Part shown: positions 46,590 to 58,803 of the stretch, piece after piece | Numbering within the stretch: the stretch's first letter is position 1 | Layout of the letters: each line of letters starts with the position of its first letter | DNA from: Pristiophorus japonicus | Taxonomy: Eukaryota | NCBI RefSeq assembly: GCF_044704955.1 | Contig: NC_091981.1 | Location: forward strand, 31,434,001-31,498,000 | DNA: 64,000 nucleotides | Reading direction: 5' to 3' | The notes under the pieces: model-generated | What the model saw: only the letters and a program-made list of their open reading frames with translations | Databases searched by the model: none | What the model was told of the DNA's origin: nothing | Translations under genes and position numbers: made by a program

Positions 46590-48170
46590 CCACAGCCTGG
46601 CAAATGCCTCTTTCCCAAGGTCCTGCTGTGCAAAATGTGTAACAGGATTACCATTCTGGCAGCTCTAAGGCACTTGCATTGCATTCCAAATGTTCAAACC
46701 ACTTTCACCAGCCATGTCTGCTCAATGATGTTCTTAACTGTCTAATGGGCCTCATTACACGTATGTTCCTGTGGAATACAAGGGATGTGTGGTGGTATCC
46801 TCAAGGTGGTAACACACACCTCCAAGGAGTCAACTGACTTGGAGAATCAGTGATTCCTTGTAGATATGTTTATTGTAGATGTTCTATGAAAAACACATTG
46901 TTAGATACAATGCTTTGCACGTGGATAGTAATGGAGTGGAATCCTCTTCTACTGAAACATGGCATGCAATTTTGTGCAAGTGCTTGAAAGGTCTCATGGG
47001 TGCAGCTCATGGTACTCTATGCACTTAGATTGCTACACCTTTTCCAAATCTATTCATATCTTTCCAGTTCCCGCTGCATCCCAATGCTGAATTTAATATG
47101 GACACAAGCATATCAAAAGGGATCATATGTGACATTTACAATGAAGAAGGGATAAAAGAAAATAGATGATTAATGGCCCAGAAATTCCGGCTTCCCGGGT
47201 CCGTATGGAATGTGTATGGACCCGGGAAGGCATCGCAAAAGCCGGTTTTCAGCGCACAATACGCAAGCGTTGAAAACCGGCTTTTCCGTTCTGTCAAGCT
47301 GGAGTTTGTCAGATGCTCTGTATATCAGGAGCGAAGACATTTTAGGGTCAGATTGCGATATTTACCCATATCTTGCTCAACATATGTCCTAAAAACTCTT
47401 GCGCCTGATAAAAGCAGGCACATAGCCTACATTTACAGGCATAAGAGTTTTAAAATACACAAAAACATATTAAAATAAAATTATAAAAACACATTTTATT
47501 GTTAAAAACCTTCCCCACTACGGTACGCTTATTTTAAACCATAATTTTAAAAGTTTTTAAAAAATCAGAAAAATATATATTTTTTATAATACATAAATAA
47601 CTTAAAATTAAATTAATAAAAATATGTGGTGTATTTTTTCTATTTTTTATTCGTGTTTTGGGTGTTTGGGGGGGGGGTGGGTTTCTCACACATAATAATG
47701 GGAACTCCAACTTATGGAGTTCCCATTATTATGAATGAGAACATACTTTACCTTGATTGACTGCCCAGAGCCATGTGACTGCAGCTCTAGCCCTGCGCAT
47801 GTCCTGATGTGCACACACTACGATGCACAGTCAGTGAAGGCCTCAGGATCGGGAACTCGCGTGGGCTCAACAGCTTCAGGTAAGTGCGTATTTTTTTAAA
47901 GTTTTTCCCTCGATCGATCGTCTGCAGGAAGCAGCCGACCGGGATTTCTGGGCCATTGAGTCCCCAGTTGCTGCCTTGTAAGACCTTGTGGCACAAAAGT
48001 GTAATACTCTCTTCATTTTTAATGGTAATTATAAACAAAGTGTTGATGTTGTTCCTTTTTTGTAAGTCTGGTTTCAGGAGATGGTACAAATCCTGACTGG
48101 CCTTCTTATTGAAGGAGAGTCTCCTCACACAGTAATCCCCATTGATGGGGAGTCTCATCACACAATAAAC
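46590..48170 (-). pseudogene. Highly decayed PIF/Harbinger (HARBI1-like) DDE transposase, interrupted by a MITE
   Basis: CVRRLSFNK..LYHLLKPDL; SCTHETFQALAQNCMPCFSRRGFHSITIH (cf. IDCTH..NRKGFHSINVQ); CNEAH*TVKNIIEQT; HILHS. Confidence 0.75.
47175..47954. mobile_element. Harbinger-type MITE with internal hairpins
   Basis: TIR GGCCCAGAAAT(T/C)CC at both ends; AT-rich centre. Confidence 0.82.
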
Positions 48171-48782
48171 CTTATTCGTAGAATCATAGAATGATATAGC
48201 TCGGAAGGAGGCCATTCAGCCGATCACGCCTATGCTGGCTGTTTGAAAGAGTTAACCAATTTATCCCACTCCACGGCTCTGTCCCCATAATGCTATAAGT
48301 TTTTTACCTTCAAGCATTTATCCAATTCTCTTTTGACAGTTACTATTGAATCTGCTTCCACCAGCCTTTCAGGTAATGCATTTCAGACGACAACAACTCA
48401 ATGCGTAAAAAAAAGACGTTCCTCATGTCGCCTCTAGTTCCTTCGCCTGTAACCTTACATTTGTGTCTCCTAGTTACCGATCATTCCGCCATTGGAAACA
48501 GTTTCCCCTGATTTACTCTATCAAAACCTTGCATGATTCTTAGCCACTCCATTACATCTCCCCTTAACCTTCTCAGCTCTAAGCAGAACAAACCCAGCTT
48601 CTCCAGGCTCTCCACATAACTGAGGTCCCTCAACCCTGGTGCCAGTCTGGTAAATACCTCCTGCACCCTCTAAGGCCTTGACATCCTTTCTAAAGTGTGG
48701 TGCTCAGAATTGAACACAATACTCCAGCTGAGGCATAAACAATTATTTTATAAAGGTTTGGCATAACTGCTGTTGTACTCTA

Positions 48783-49040
48783 TGGCCTAGACATTTGGAT
48801 CATTTGCGCCTCCAGGTAGCATTCCCTGGAGTATTAGCGGGGTGCAAATGACTTATTGCCGGGGCGTGGCACCAGTAATGACTCCCGTTGAATTCCGCGG
48901 GAGTTTAGCGACGGCGGTAACCCGTAGCTCCCCGCTCCGCTGCACCGGCAATGACGACATCATCATCGTGCGCAGCGCCCCATTATCACCCCAGAACAAA
49001 AATTGAGGTGCGCCCCCTGAAGCCATGCCAGGCAATGCCA
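48783..49040. mobile_element. Truncated MITE-like insertion in CR1
   Basis: Starts GGCCTAGACATT; CpG-rich; interrupts the CR1 sequence. Confidence 0.45.
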
Positions 49041-49649
49041 GCCACTCTGGTTTTTGTCCTTTAGCCAATTTTGAATCCTTGCCGCCACTGACCCTTTAAT
49101 CCCATGGGCTTTAATGTTGCTTATATGTCTAGTATGTGGTACTTTGTCAAATGCCTTTTGACAGTCCATATGCATAACATCAACCTCACTACCCTCATTA
49201 ACCCTTTCAGTTACTTCATCAAAGAACTCAATCAATTTAGTCAAACATGATTTGTCTTTGACCAATCCATGTTGACTTTCATTAATTAACCCATACTTTT
49301 CCAGGTACCAATTAATTTTGTCTCAGATTCTTGTCTCTAAAAATTTCAAGACCACCGCCATTAGGCTGACGGGCCTGTAGTTGCCAGGTTTATCACTCTC
49401 CTTTTTTGAACATTTTTGTTACATTTGCAATCCTCCAACCCTCTGGCACCCTCTCCCTATCTAAGGAGGATTGGAAGATTGTGGCCAGAGCCACTACAAT
49501 TTCCACCCTTACTTCCCTCAGTAACTTAGGATGCATCTCATCCATACCAGTTGACATTTTTACTTTGAGTACTGCCAATCTATTAAGTACTTCCTTTTTA
49601 TCTATTGTTGTCCTATTCAATATTGATACTAGCTTCTCTTTTACTGCAA

Positions 49650-50082
49650 TGGATTTATACACTGGAGTTTAGAAGGATGAGAGGGGATCTCATAGAAACG
49701 TATAAGATTCTGACGGAACGGGACAGGTTAGATGTGGGAAGAATGTTCCCGATGTTGGGGAAGTCCAGAACCAGGGGACACAGTCTTAGGATAAGGGGTA
49801 GGCCATTTAGGACTGAGATGTGGAGAAACTTCTTCACTCAGAGAGTTGTTAAACTGTGGAATTCTCTGCCGCAGAGAGTTGTTGATGCCAGTTCATTGGA
49901 TATATTCAAGAGGGAGTTTGATATGGCCCTTGCAGCTAAAGGGATCAAGGGGTATGGAGAGAAAGCAGGAAAGGGGTACTGGGGTGAATGATCAGCCATG
50001 ATCTTATTGAATGGTGGTGCAGGCTCGAAGGGCCAAATGGCCTACACCTGTACCTATTTTCTATGTTTCTATGTTTCTATGT
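49650..50082 (+). mobile_element. Young CR1 3' fragment nested in the older CR1
   Basis: Near-identical to 11920-12337; (TTTCTATG)3 tail. Confidence 0.92.
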
Positions 50083-50699
50083 TAGCAACATCCTCTTCTC
50101 TACTGAAGACAGGTGGAAAGTACTCATTTAGTACCTCAGCCATGCCCTCTGCTTCCACAAGATGATCTCATTTTTGGCCCTTAATTGGCTGCGTCCTTCC
50201 TTTGACTACCCTTTTACTATTTATGTTTTTTTAACAATGTTTGGGTTCCCTTTATGCTGACGGCTAATCTCTATGCTCCTCTTATTCCTTTTTTTAGATC
50301 TCTTCTGTAGTTTCTGCATTCATTTTGGTTCTTACTGTATTACTGTGTTTGTCATAAGCCTTTTCTTTCAGTTTCATTTTAATCTCTATATATTTATTGA
50401 GTAACTGTTTGTACTAAGTCTCTCTTCTGCGCATGCAAAGAAGTGAGAGTTAGGACAAATATCACCGACTCCACCCCACCCCCAGCACAATTCCTGCGAA
50501 CCGTTTTCTGCGCATGCATCCAACACCATGTTGCCTCTGATCTATCCAGCAGCAGCCCCGAGGCCCAAGCAGTCGAACACATCTGCCGAGCCTCGAAGCC
50601 CCCTGCAGCACCGAGCCTGAAGCGGGCCCCGAGCAACATGCAGCGTTGCAAGCATCTGCTTGTGGGGGTGGCGGGGGGGGGGGGTGGGGGTGGGAATGA

Positions 50700-51174
50700 G
50701 CAGGGTGGCGGGAAGCGGGGAGAGAGTTTGAGGGTAGGAGAGAGAGAGAGAACTGGGGGGAGAGAGAGAGAGAGAGAGAGCTTGGGGGAGGGAGAGAGCG
50801 AGCTTGGGGGGAAGATAGAGAGAGCTTGGGAGGGGGAGAGAGAGAGAGCTTGGGGGGAGAGAGAGAGAGAGAGTTTTCTGGGGGGAGAGAGGGAAAGAGC
50901 TTGGGGGGGAGAGAGAGAGAGAGAAAGATTGGGGGGAGAGAAAGAGAGCTTGGGGGAGAGAGAGAGAGGGAGCTTGGGGGGAGAGAGAGAACTTGGGGGG
51001 GTGAGCGAGAGAGAGCTTGCGGGGGGGTAGAGAGAGAGAGCTGGGGGGGGAGAGAGAGAGAGAGAGCTTGGGGGGGGCGGAGAGAGTGAGAGAGAGCTTG
51101 GGAGGAGATAGAAAGTGAGAGAGCTTGGGAGGAGTGAGAGAGAGAGCTTGGGCGGGGGGGGGGGGGGGGGCGCC

Positions 51175-51207
<33 letters not shown>

Positions 51208-51250
51208 GAGGGGCAGGGGGAGAGATTCAGGTGGGGGGGATTGGAGGGGA
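50700..51250 (+). repeat. Purine-rich compound repeat (GA)n-GCTT-(G)n
   Basis: Direct reading; recurring unit GAGAGAGCTTGGGGGG. Confidence 0.9.
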
Positions 51251-53639
51251 GCGAGGGAATGCATTGAAGACGGATCATGTTCTTCCAACCCCTTGGTGCG
51301 TGCAAGCTCGGTGCATGTGTTACAAGGGACATCGTTGGGGTGGATGAAATCCAGAAGTCACACATTGTCACTATTCACTTCATACCAATAAACCTGTTAA
51401 CAATTTGCACACAATGCCCCATCTATGGGGGGTGGGGGGTAAGTTCTTGCACTTAGGTAAGGAACTTTGGCACTTGAGCTGGGTTAAAGGTCGTCAGCTA
51501 GGGGAGGGATGCACTTGCGCTGGGGTAATGGACTTCGGCTGGAACTTGGTGGCTTTTGAGGAGATCTATTTGTGGCTTTTGAAGTCAAAATGGATCAAAT
51601 TACAAATTGGAAAGTCAACTTGGGTTGGGCGGTTCCAGTTACACATTCCAGAGGAACTTCTGGGTGTGGCTTATTTTCCAAGGGGACCAATCAGCAATAG
51701 GTCATGTGAAAATGGTGAATCAATCAGAGAAATGGCTGCCTTTCAGTTAGTACAAATAGACGCAGCCTTGTATTTAGGCATCCAGGGAGCTCTATGTATG
51801 GATGTACTTCATTTCATTCTCGTGGGAATGTGTCTACTCTGTACTCGAACTATCTCCTCTTTGAAGGCCTCCCATTGCTCAATTACTGTTTTGCCTATAA
51901 ATTTTAGATTCCAATCCACCTGGGCCAGATCCATTTTTAACTTACTGAAATTAGCCCTGCTCCAGTTAGGTATTTTTACACTTGATTGTTCCTTATCCTT
52001 TTTCATAACTATTTTAAACCTGATGATATCATGATCACTGTTCCCCAAATGCTCCCCGACTGAAACATGCTTTTAAAGGGGTCTACTCATACATGCTCTC
52101 TGTTGATGGAGAATTTATTCTCTATATACTCCTTGGTGAGGTTGAAATAACTCCTGTTTCTGCAGTTTTTGTGCTGCTTGAATGAGCAAATCCTGATGGT
52201 CATCTTCAACAGTATCTGATTTTCCTATCCCTTATGCCTTGTTACTCTGCCTCCTTCTCTGATATATCCAGCAAAGTGAGACTCACCAATGCATGGTTCC
52301 ACTGTGTGGACTGAAAGAGTCCAGCAGTTCTATTCAACAATTGCCCATTTCAATGGTTATCTACACATGAAACATTAACTGCATTTTCTCTTGTCGATAC
52401 TAATGGAGCTACTGTGTATTTTCAGCTTTTTTTCTGTTTTTATTTCCATTGTATATTTTCTGTCATGGTACAATATGGCACGCAAATAATTAAGGTAAGG
52501 ACACCTGCCCCAAGCTGGCTGGGTCCCCTTTAAATGTGCACATCAAGCTCCGATGACAGTGTCGGGATCCTGACCTGCTATTTTAACTAGAAGCCTGAGG
52601 ACAGGTGCTGGCTTCCCCACCTATCCAAACCTGCCGGGAGCTGGATCGAGGGCCAGAACAGGCCCAGCATGAAACTAAAAAAACAGTACAGGACAAACAG
52701 CACACAGTACAAGCAGCAGTGCATGGTGCTTATTTTGAAGGATTTCTTGGAGTATCTGAGTAAATCTGCAATGCCAAGATTGGAAAAACTCCAATATCTG
52801 TCAACTTTTACTTTTGGCTTGTTTCTAAATCATATCTGTAGCCATTGTTTCTTTTAAAAGAATGGTGTACTGCAGAACTGAAAGAGTGTTGGTAAAAATG
52901 AAAATAATCTGGAACCAAAATGTAATGAGGCCAGGGATTTCCCACCCTGTCTCCTTAACATCGTTTTCATCTTGATGGATTTCCTGGAGTATCTGAGTAA
53001 ATAAGCTCTGGAACGCCCTCCCTAAACCACTCCGCCGCTCTACATCTCTTTCCTCCTGTAAGATGGTCTCGGTGTCAATTTTTGTTGTTGTCTTATAACA
53101 CTCCTGTGAAGCACCTTGGGATGTTTTACTACGTTAAAGGCGCTATATAAGTACAAGTTGTTGTTGTTGGCAGAATTGGAAACACTATTGTTTTCATCTT
53201 CCTGTGATGTGTTCAGAATGTGGCCCATGTGCCTTTGGATAAGCACCTACATTGCTCAAACCTAAATCCAAAGAGAGTGTTAAGTCAACCAAATGAAGTG
53301 TCAGTGATTACAAAAAAAATATTTTCCTGTAACGGACAGTAAGCTTCAATCTATTTCCAGATAACAAAGATGAACCCAAATTAAACTGGAACAGCCCTGT
53401 TCTGTTCCAATACCACTTGCCCCCTCCAGCTCTGCTGAACTTAAGAGGATGGTCCAGTTGACCTTAGTGTTAAACTCGAGGGTTCAACACGTAAATATGC
53501 CAAGAACATGTGGCTGATTTTAACCGCTTCTGTCCACTGGGGTGGCGGGGCTGAAAATGGGGTTTTCCATTACTGCCCTGTTTACGCTAGTACTCAGACA
53601 CTGCCCACTGGTGTAGGGTCCTGAGATGGGCAGTCGGAG

Positions 53640-54040
53640 TAAGACTTGGATTTATAAAGCATCTTTCATGACCTAAGGACGTACCAAATTGCTTCACAGT
53701 CAATTAAAATCTTTTGAAGTGTAGTCACTGTTGTAATGTAGGAAACACGGCCACTAATCTGCGCACAGCAAGCTCCCACAAACAGCAATATGATACTGAC
53801 TCGATAATCTATTTTTAGTGCTGTTGGTTGAGGGATAAATATTGCCCTTACAGAATGCCCCTACTCTTCTTCCAATAATGCCTTGTGATCTTTTACATTC
53901 ACCTGAGAGGCAGATTCTATTTAATATCTTATGCTGAGAGTGCAGCACTCCCTCAGTACTGCACTGGAGTGTTAGCCTAGGTTTTGTGCTCAAGTCTCTG
54001 GAGCGGGGCTTGAAACCACAACCTTGTGACTCAGAGGCGA
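53640..54040 (-). mobile_element. Deu-domain SINE copy
   Basis: Reverse complement of the 25810-26160 family (GCAGCACTCCCTCAGTACTGCACTG). Confidence 0.7.
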
Positions 54041-54337
54041 GAGAGAGTGTGTTTACTGTTGTGAGGCCAGGAGGGGCAGGAAGGCCTCACAACAATACTC
54101 AATACTCCGGTCCACCGCTAGACTATGTGTAGCCCCCCCCCCGGGGTCACCTACCCATTCCATGACTGTCAGCCAGTTGATTTGCTGTCCTCATCAACCG
54201 TCTCAGCATGTCAGTTTGGCATGCGCAGCTTACCAGCTGCATGCAAATGAGGCCCGGCCATCACCATGGTTACTACAGGCGGGTGGTCTACCCTTCAACC
54301 TCCCGCTGTCCGTTCCCTTACCATACTGTCAAAATGT

Positions 54338-54535
54338 AATTGATACTCCAGTGCAGTGCTGAGGCAGTGCCGCTTTGCCAGAAGTGCCGCCTTTCGGATG
54401 AGACATTAAATCGAGGCCCCATCTGTTCTCTCAAGTGGATGTCAAAGATGCCACGGCACTATTTCGAAGAAGAGCAGGGGAGTTATCCCCAGGAGTTATC
54501 TCCAGGCCAATATTTATCCCTCAATCAACATAACA
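54338..54535 (+). mobile_element. Deu-domain SINE core fragment
   Basis: GTGCCGCCTTTCGGATGAGACATTAAATCGAGGCCCC. Confidence 0.65.
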
Positions 54536-54599
54536 GTTGAGACTTCCAGTGGTCATGAAGAGTGCAATTTAAATCCAAGTCTTTCTTTCTTTCTTTCAC

Positions 54600-55286
54600 A
54601 GACTCCATCCCCCTCCTGGCCACTGTCTGAGGTTGAACCGGACTACGTGCAACCTTGGTGCCCTATTTGACCCGGAGCTGAGATTCCAACTCCACGTCCT
54701 CGACTTTGCTAAAAAACCGCCAACTCCACCGACTGAACATCGCCTGTCTCTGCCTCAGCCACGCCCTTTTTACCCCTAGACTTGACTACTCCAATGCTCT
54801 CCTGGACGGCCTTCCACCTTTCAGCCCTCCTTAAACTTGAGCTCATCCAAAACTCTGCAGCCCGTCTTCTAAATCGCACAGAGTCCCATTCATCCTTGTG
54901 TTCGCTGACTTAAATTGGTTCCTCGTTCCTGAATTGCTCCAGTTTTAAATTTTCATCCTTATGTTTAAATTCTTCTAAACCCTCATCCCTCCCCATCTCG
55001 GCAGCCTCCTCCAGCCCTAGAACCTGCCGAGAACTCTGTATTCCTCCATTTCTGGCCTCTTGTGGCCATACCAAGCTGCCTAGGCCCCAAGATCTGGAAT
55101 TCTCTCCCTAATCCTCTTCACATCTTTCTCCTTCTTTAAGTTGTTCCTCAAAACCTTGACCAAGCTGCCCTAACATCTCTTTGTGTGGTTTGGTGTCAAA
55201 TTGTGTCTGGTATCGCATTTTTAAAGTGCCTTGGAATGTTTTTACTATGTTAGAGGCACTATAGACAAATTCACATTGTTGTTGTT
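54600..55286 (+). mobile_element. L2-like LINE 3' fragment
   Basis: NLGALFDPEL, RLDYSNALL, KLELIQNSAARLL; (TTG)n tail. Confidence 0.8.
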
Positions 55287-55319
55287 TTAGTAAACTGAAA
55301 AGTAGCCCCCCATATCTTT

Positions 55320-55627
55320 GACAGCATCTTCCAAATCCACGACCACCGAGAAGGACAAAGGCAGGAGGTGCATGGGGCCACCAGCACCTTCAAGTTCTCC
55401 TCCAAGTCACACATCATCCTGACTTGAAAATATATCGGCGTTCCTTCATAGTCGCTGGGTCAAAATCCTCGAACTCCCTCCCCAACAGCACTGTGGGAGA
55501 CCTTCACCACACGGACTGCAGCGGTTCAAGAAGACAGCTCACCACCACCTTCTCAAGGGGCAATTAGGTTGGGGCAATAATTTCTGGTCTTGCCAGCGAC
55601 GTCCACATCCCACGAATGAATAAAAAA
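55320..55627 (+). mobile_element. LINE 3' end (CR1/L2 group) sharing its tail with the SINE at 14728-14925
   Basis: NSLPNSTV..GLQRFKKTAHHHLLKG C-terminus followed by the shared tail. Confidence 0.7.
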
Positions 55628-56548
55628 TCGATAGAATATCATAAAGAAATAATTTGATTGGTGGAGAGAAGGGCATACAAATAACCACTCCGGCTATTCA
55701 TAGATATTTCACCTGAAAGTCGCGTCTCCTTCAGTCCTGACCTTTGTCAATTTGTCAATTGAGTTTAGACAGCAGGAACGATGGCCTCCTTCTGTGCTGT
55801 ATGATTCTATGATTCTAACCTACATTCCCTCAGTGAGATCGACAGTCGCAGTCCAATAGCAACATCCACATTGGACTGAAAGTGGTGAGAATGTGGAACT
55901 CGCTACCACATGGAGTGGCTGAGGCGACTAGCATAGATGCATTTAAGGAGAAGCTAGATAAACACATGAGGTGGAAAGGAAGAGAAGGATGTGCCAATAG
56001 GGCTCGTTGAAGTAAGTTAGAAGAAGGCTCGTGTGGAGCATAATCACCGGCGTAGCCCTATTGGGCCAAATGCCCTGATTCTGTACTGTATATACTATAT
56101 AATTCTCTGAATGTTTCATGTGGGCAATCAGTAGCTGTCTACATCTGTACAGGAAAAAAAGAGTCTTACATTCTCAAGTAAAGATCCTTCCTTCGGAGGT
56201 GAACCGTTAGCCTACCACATTGTTGGGGAAACCCACTGCATACTTCCAACATTTTCTGCTTTTATTTTTACACTAGGCCCTTGCTGACTGCTTATCTTGA
56301 GGTTTATTCAATTGACAAATTGACAAAGGTTCAAGAGAGAAGGAGATAGAACTTTGAGGTGAAAGGTCTGTAAGGAATGATGTGTATTTCTCAGAGAGGA
56401 TTAGATGAGGAAGTCTGAGTAGAATCCAGCCAAACAACCGTGCTCAAATAAATTAGAGAAAGGTAAATGCAATAGGAAGGATGGTTGTGAGAATTATTTG
56501 GATAAGCTTGCTTTGGATGTTCTGTGGAGGAAAAATACACAAACACAG

Positions 56549-56820
56549 NNNNNNNNNNNNNNNNNNNNNNNNNNNNNNNNNNNNNNNNNNNNNNNNNNNN
56601 NNNNNNNNNNNNNNNNNNNNNNNNNNNNNNNNNNNNNNNNNNNNNNNNNNNNNNNNNNNNNNNNNNNNNNNNNNNNNNNNNNNNNNNNNNNNNNNNNNNN
56701 NNNNNNNNNNNNNNNNNNNNNNNNNNNNNNNNNNNNNNNNNNNNNNNNNNNNNNNNNNNNNNNNNNNNNNNNNNNNNNNNNNNNNNNNNNNNNNNNNNNN
56801 NNNNNNNNNNNNNNNNNNNN
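56549..56820. other. N-run (272 nt) inside a CA-rich simple repeat
   Basis: Direct reading. Confidence 0.98.
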
Positions 56821-56842
56821 AAACACACAGACACATAGACAC

Positions 56843-57735
56843 ATGAGCTGCGAGGAGGATGCTATGAGGCTGCAGAGTGACTTGGATAGGTTAGGTGAGT
56901 GGGCAAATGCATGGCAGATGAAGTATAATGTGGATAAATGTGAGGTTATCCACTTTGGTGTAAAAACAGAGAGACAGACTATTATCTGAATGGTGACAGA
57001 TTAGGAAAAGGGGAGGTGCAACGAGACCTGGGTGTCGTGGTACATCAGTCATTGAAGGTTGGCATGCAGGTACAGCAGGCGGTTAAGAAAGCAAATGGCA
57101 TGTTGGCCTTCATAGCGAGGGGATTTGAGTACAGGGGCAGGGAGGTGTTGCTACAGTTGTACAGGAACTTGGTGAGGCCACACCTGGAGTATTGTGTACA
57201 GTTTTGGTCTCCTAACTTGAGGAAGGACATTCTTGCTATTGAGGGAGTGCAGCGAAGGTTCACCAGACTGATTCCTGAGATGGCAGGACTGACCTATCAA
57301 GAAAGACTGGATTAACTGGAGTTCAGAAGAATGAGAGGGGACCTCATAGAAACGTTTAAAATTCTGATGGGTTTAGACAGGTTAGATGCATGAAGAATGT
57401 TCCCAATGTTGGGGAAGTCCAGAACCAGGGGTCACAGTCTAAGGATAAGGGGTAAGCCATTTAGGACCGAGATGAGGAGAAACTTCTTCACCCAGAGAGT
57501 GGTGAACCTGTGAAATTCTCTACCACAGAAAGTTGTTGAGGCCAATTCACTAAATATATTCAAAAAGGAGTTCGATGAAGTCCTTACTACTAGGGGGATC
57601 AAGGGGTATGTCAAGAAAGCAGGAATGGGGTACTGAAGTTGCATGTTCAGCCATGAACTCATTGAATGGCGGTGAAGGATAGAAGGGCCGAATGGCCTAC
57701 TCCTGCACCTATTTTCTATGTTTCTATGTTTCTAT
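56843..57735 (+). mobile_element. CR1 LINE 3' half
   Basis: SCEEDAMRLQSDLDRLGEWA..RPHLEYCVQFW..(TTTCTATG)n. Confidence 0.93.
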
Positions 57736-57753
57736 ACATAAAGACACACAAAC

Positions 57754-57896
57754 NNNNNNNNNNNNNNNNNNNNNNNNNNNNNNNNNNNNNNNNNNNNNNN
57801 NNNNNNNNNNNNNNNNNNNNNNNNNNNNNNNNNNNNNNNNNNNNNNNNNNNNNNNNNNNNNNNNNNNNNNNNNNNNNNNNNNNNNNNNNNNNNNNN
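57754..57896. other. N-run (143 nt) inside a CA-rich simple repeat extending to ~58050
   Basis: Direct reading. Confidence 0.97.
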
Positions 57897-58321
57897 TAGA
57901 AACATGCACAGACACACAAACAGACAAACACATACATAGTAGACACAGAGAAAGACATAGACACACATGTATAGAGACACACACAGACATAGATACACAG
58001 ACATACATACAGACACATACAGACATAGATAGACATACACACATCGATATGCACGTGAGTTCCCAACCCACTCAAAATGACTAGGAATTTCCCGGTATCT
58101 GTTTTCCTATCCAGAGCACTGCTTCCAGCAGCCCGGGAGATCAGAAAGGTAAATTTCCCAATTCAGAGCGTTGATTCCCCCCGCCACCCACTGCCCCGGC
58201 TCAGTAATTTCATGCGCAGGCAGCGGGGAGTGGACTCGAGAATCAAGAATCAGGGATTTTGGAATTCGGGGATCTTGGCACGCGGTAGGGAGGGTTTCGG
58301 CATTCAGGTTGCTCTCCGAAC

Positions 58322-58510
58322 TGGGGGTGGCTCTCTGAAATGGAGTGAGGGAGGTCTCTGAAATAGGAGGGTTCTGAAATGCGGGGGGGTGGGTCTGAAA
58401 TGGGGGGTTTAAAATGGGGGGTCTGAAATGGGAGGGTCTGTAATGGGGAATCTCTGAATGGGAGACGTCTGAAATAGGGTGTCTCTGAATTTGTGGGGAT
58501 CTCTGGAATG
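58322..58510 (+). repeat. Degenerate ~17-20-bp tandem repeat GGGGGTCTGAAATG
   Basis: Direct reading. Confidence 0.7.
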
Positions 58511-58803
58511 AGGGTCCTTCTTTTCCCGATTGCCCGCCATCGCTTGCCCGCCATTGCTTCCCCACTTCACCTGCTTGCGGGTTCTTGGAACCTGTCGCAC
58601 AACCGCAAGCATAAATACTCAACTACAGGGAAACCAACATTTATGTAAATGCAATAACACTTGTAGAAGTCATGTGATCAGATGTCATATGACCAGAATG
58701 TTGTGTGATCAGACTGCCTTGTGATCACAATGTCACGTGATCAAACCTCTCGGAATGGCTCTAACCAGAGTTGCCAAACCTAATTCACACACACACACAC
58801 GTG

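Larger units (their letters stand above)
48181..52070 (-). mobile_element. Older CR1 LINE in pieces (48181-48781, 49045-49650, 50083-50395, 51790-52070)
   Basis: LEKLGLFCLELRRLRGD, SCLTKLIEFFDEVT, MHPKLLREV, GNSDHDIIRF in colinear order. Confidence 0.8.

Noticed and set aside
50394-51371. Long Pro/Ser/Leu and Gly/Glu/Arg ORFs
   Set aside because: Translations of a low-complexity GA/G repeat
56391-58084. ORFs containing X runs
   Set aside because: Artefacts of N-runs and CA repeats
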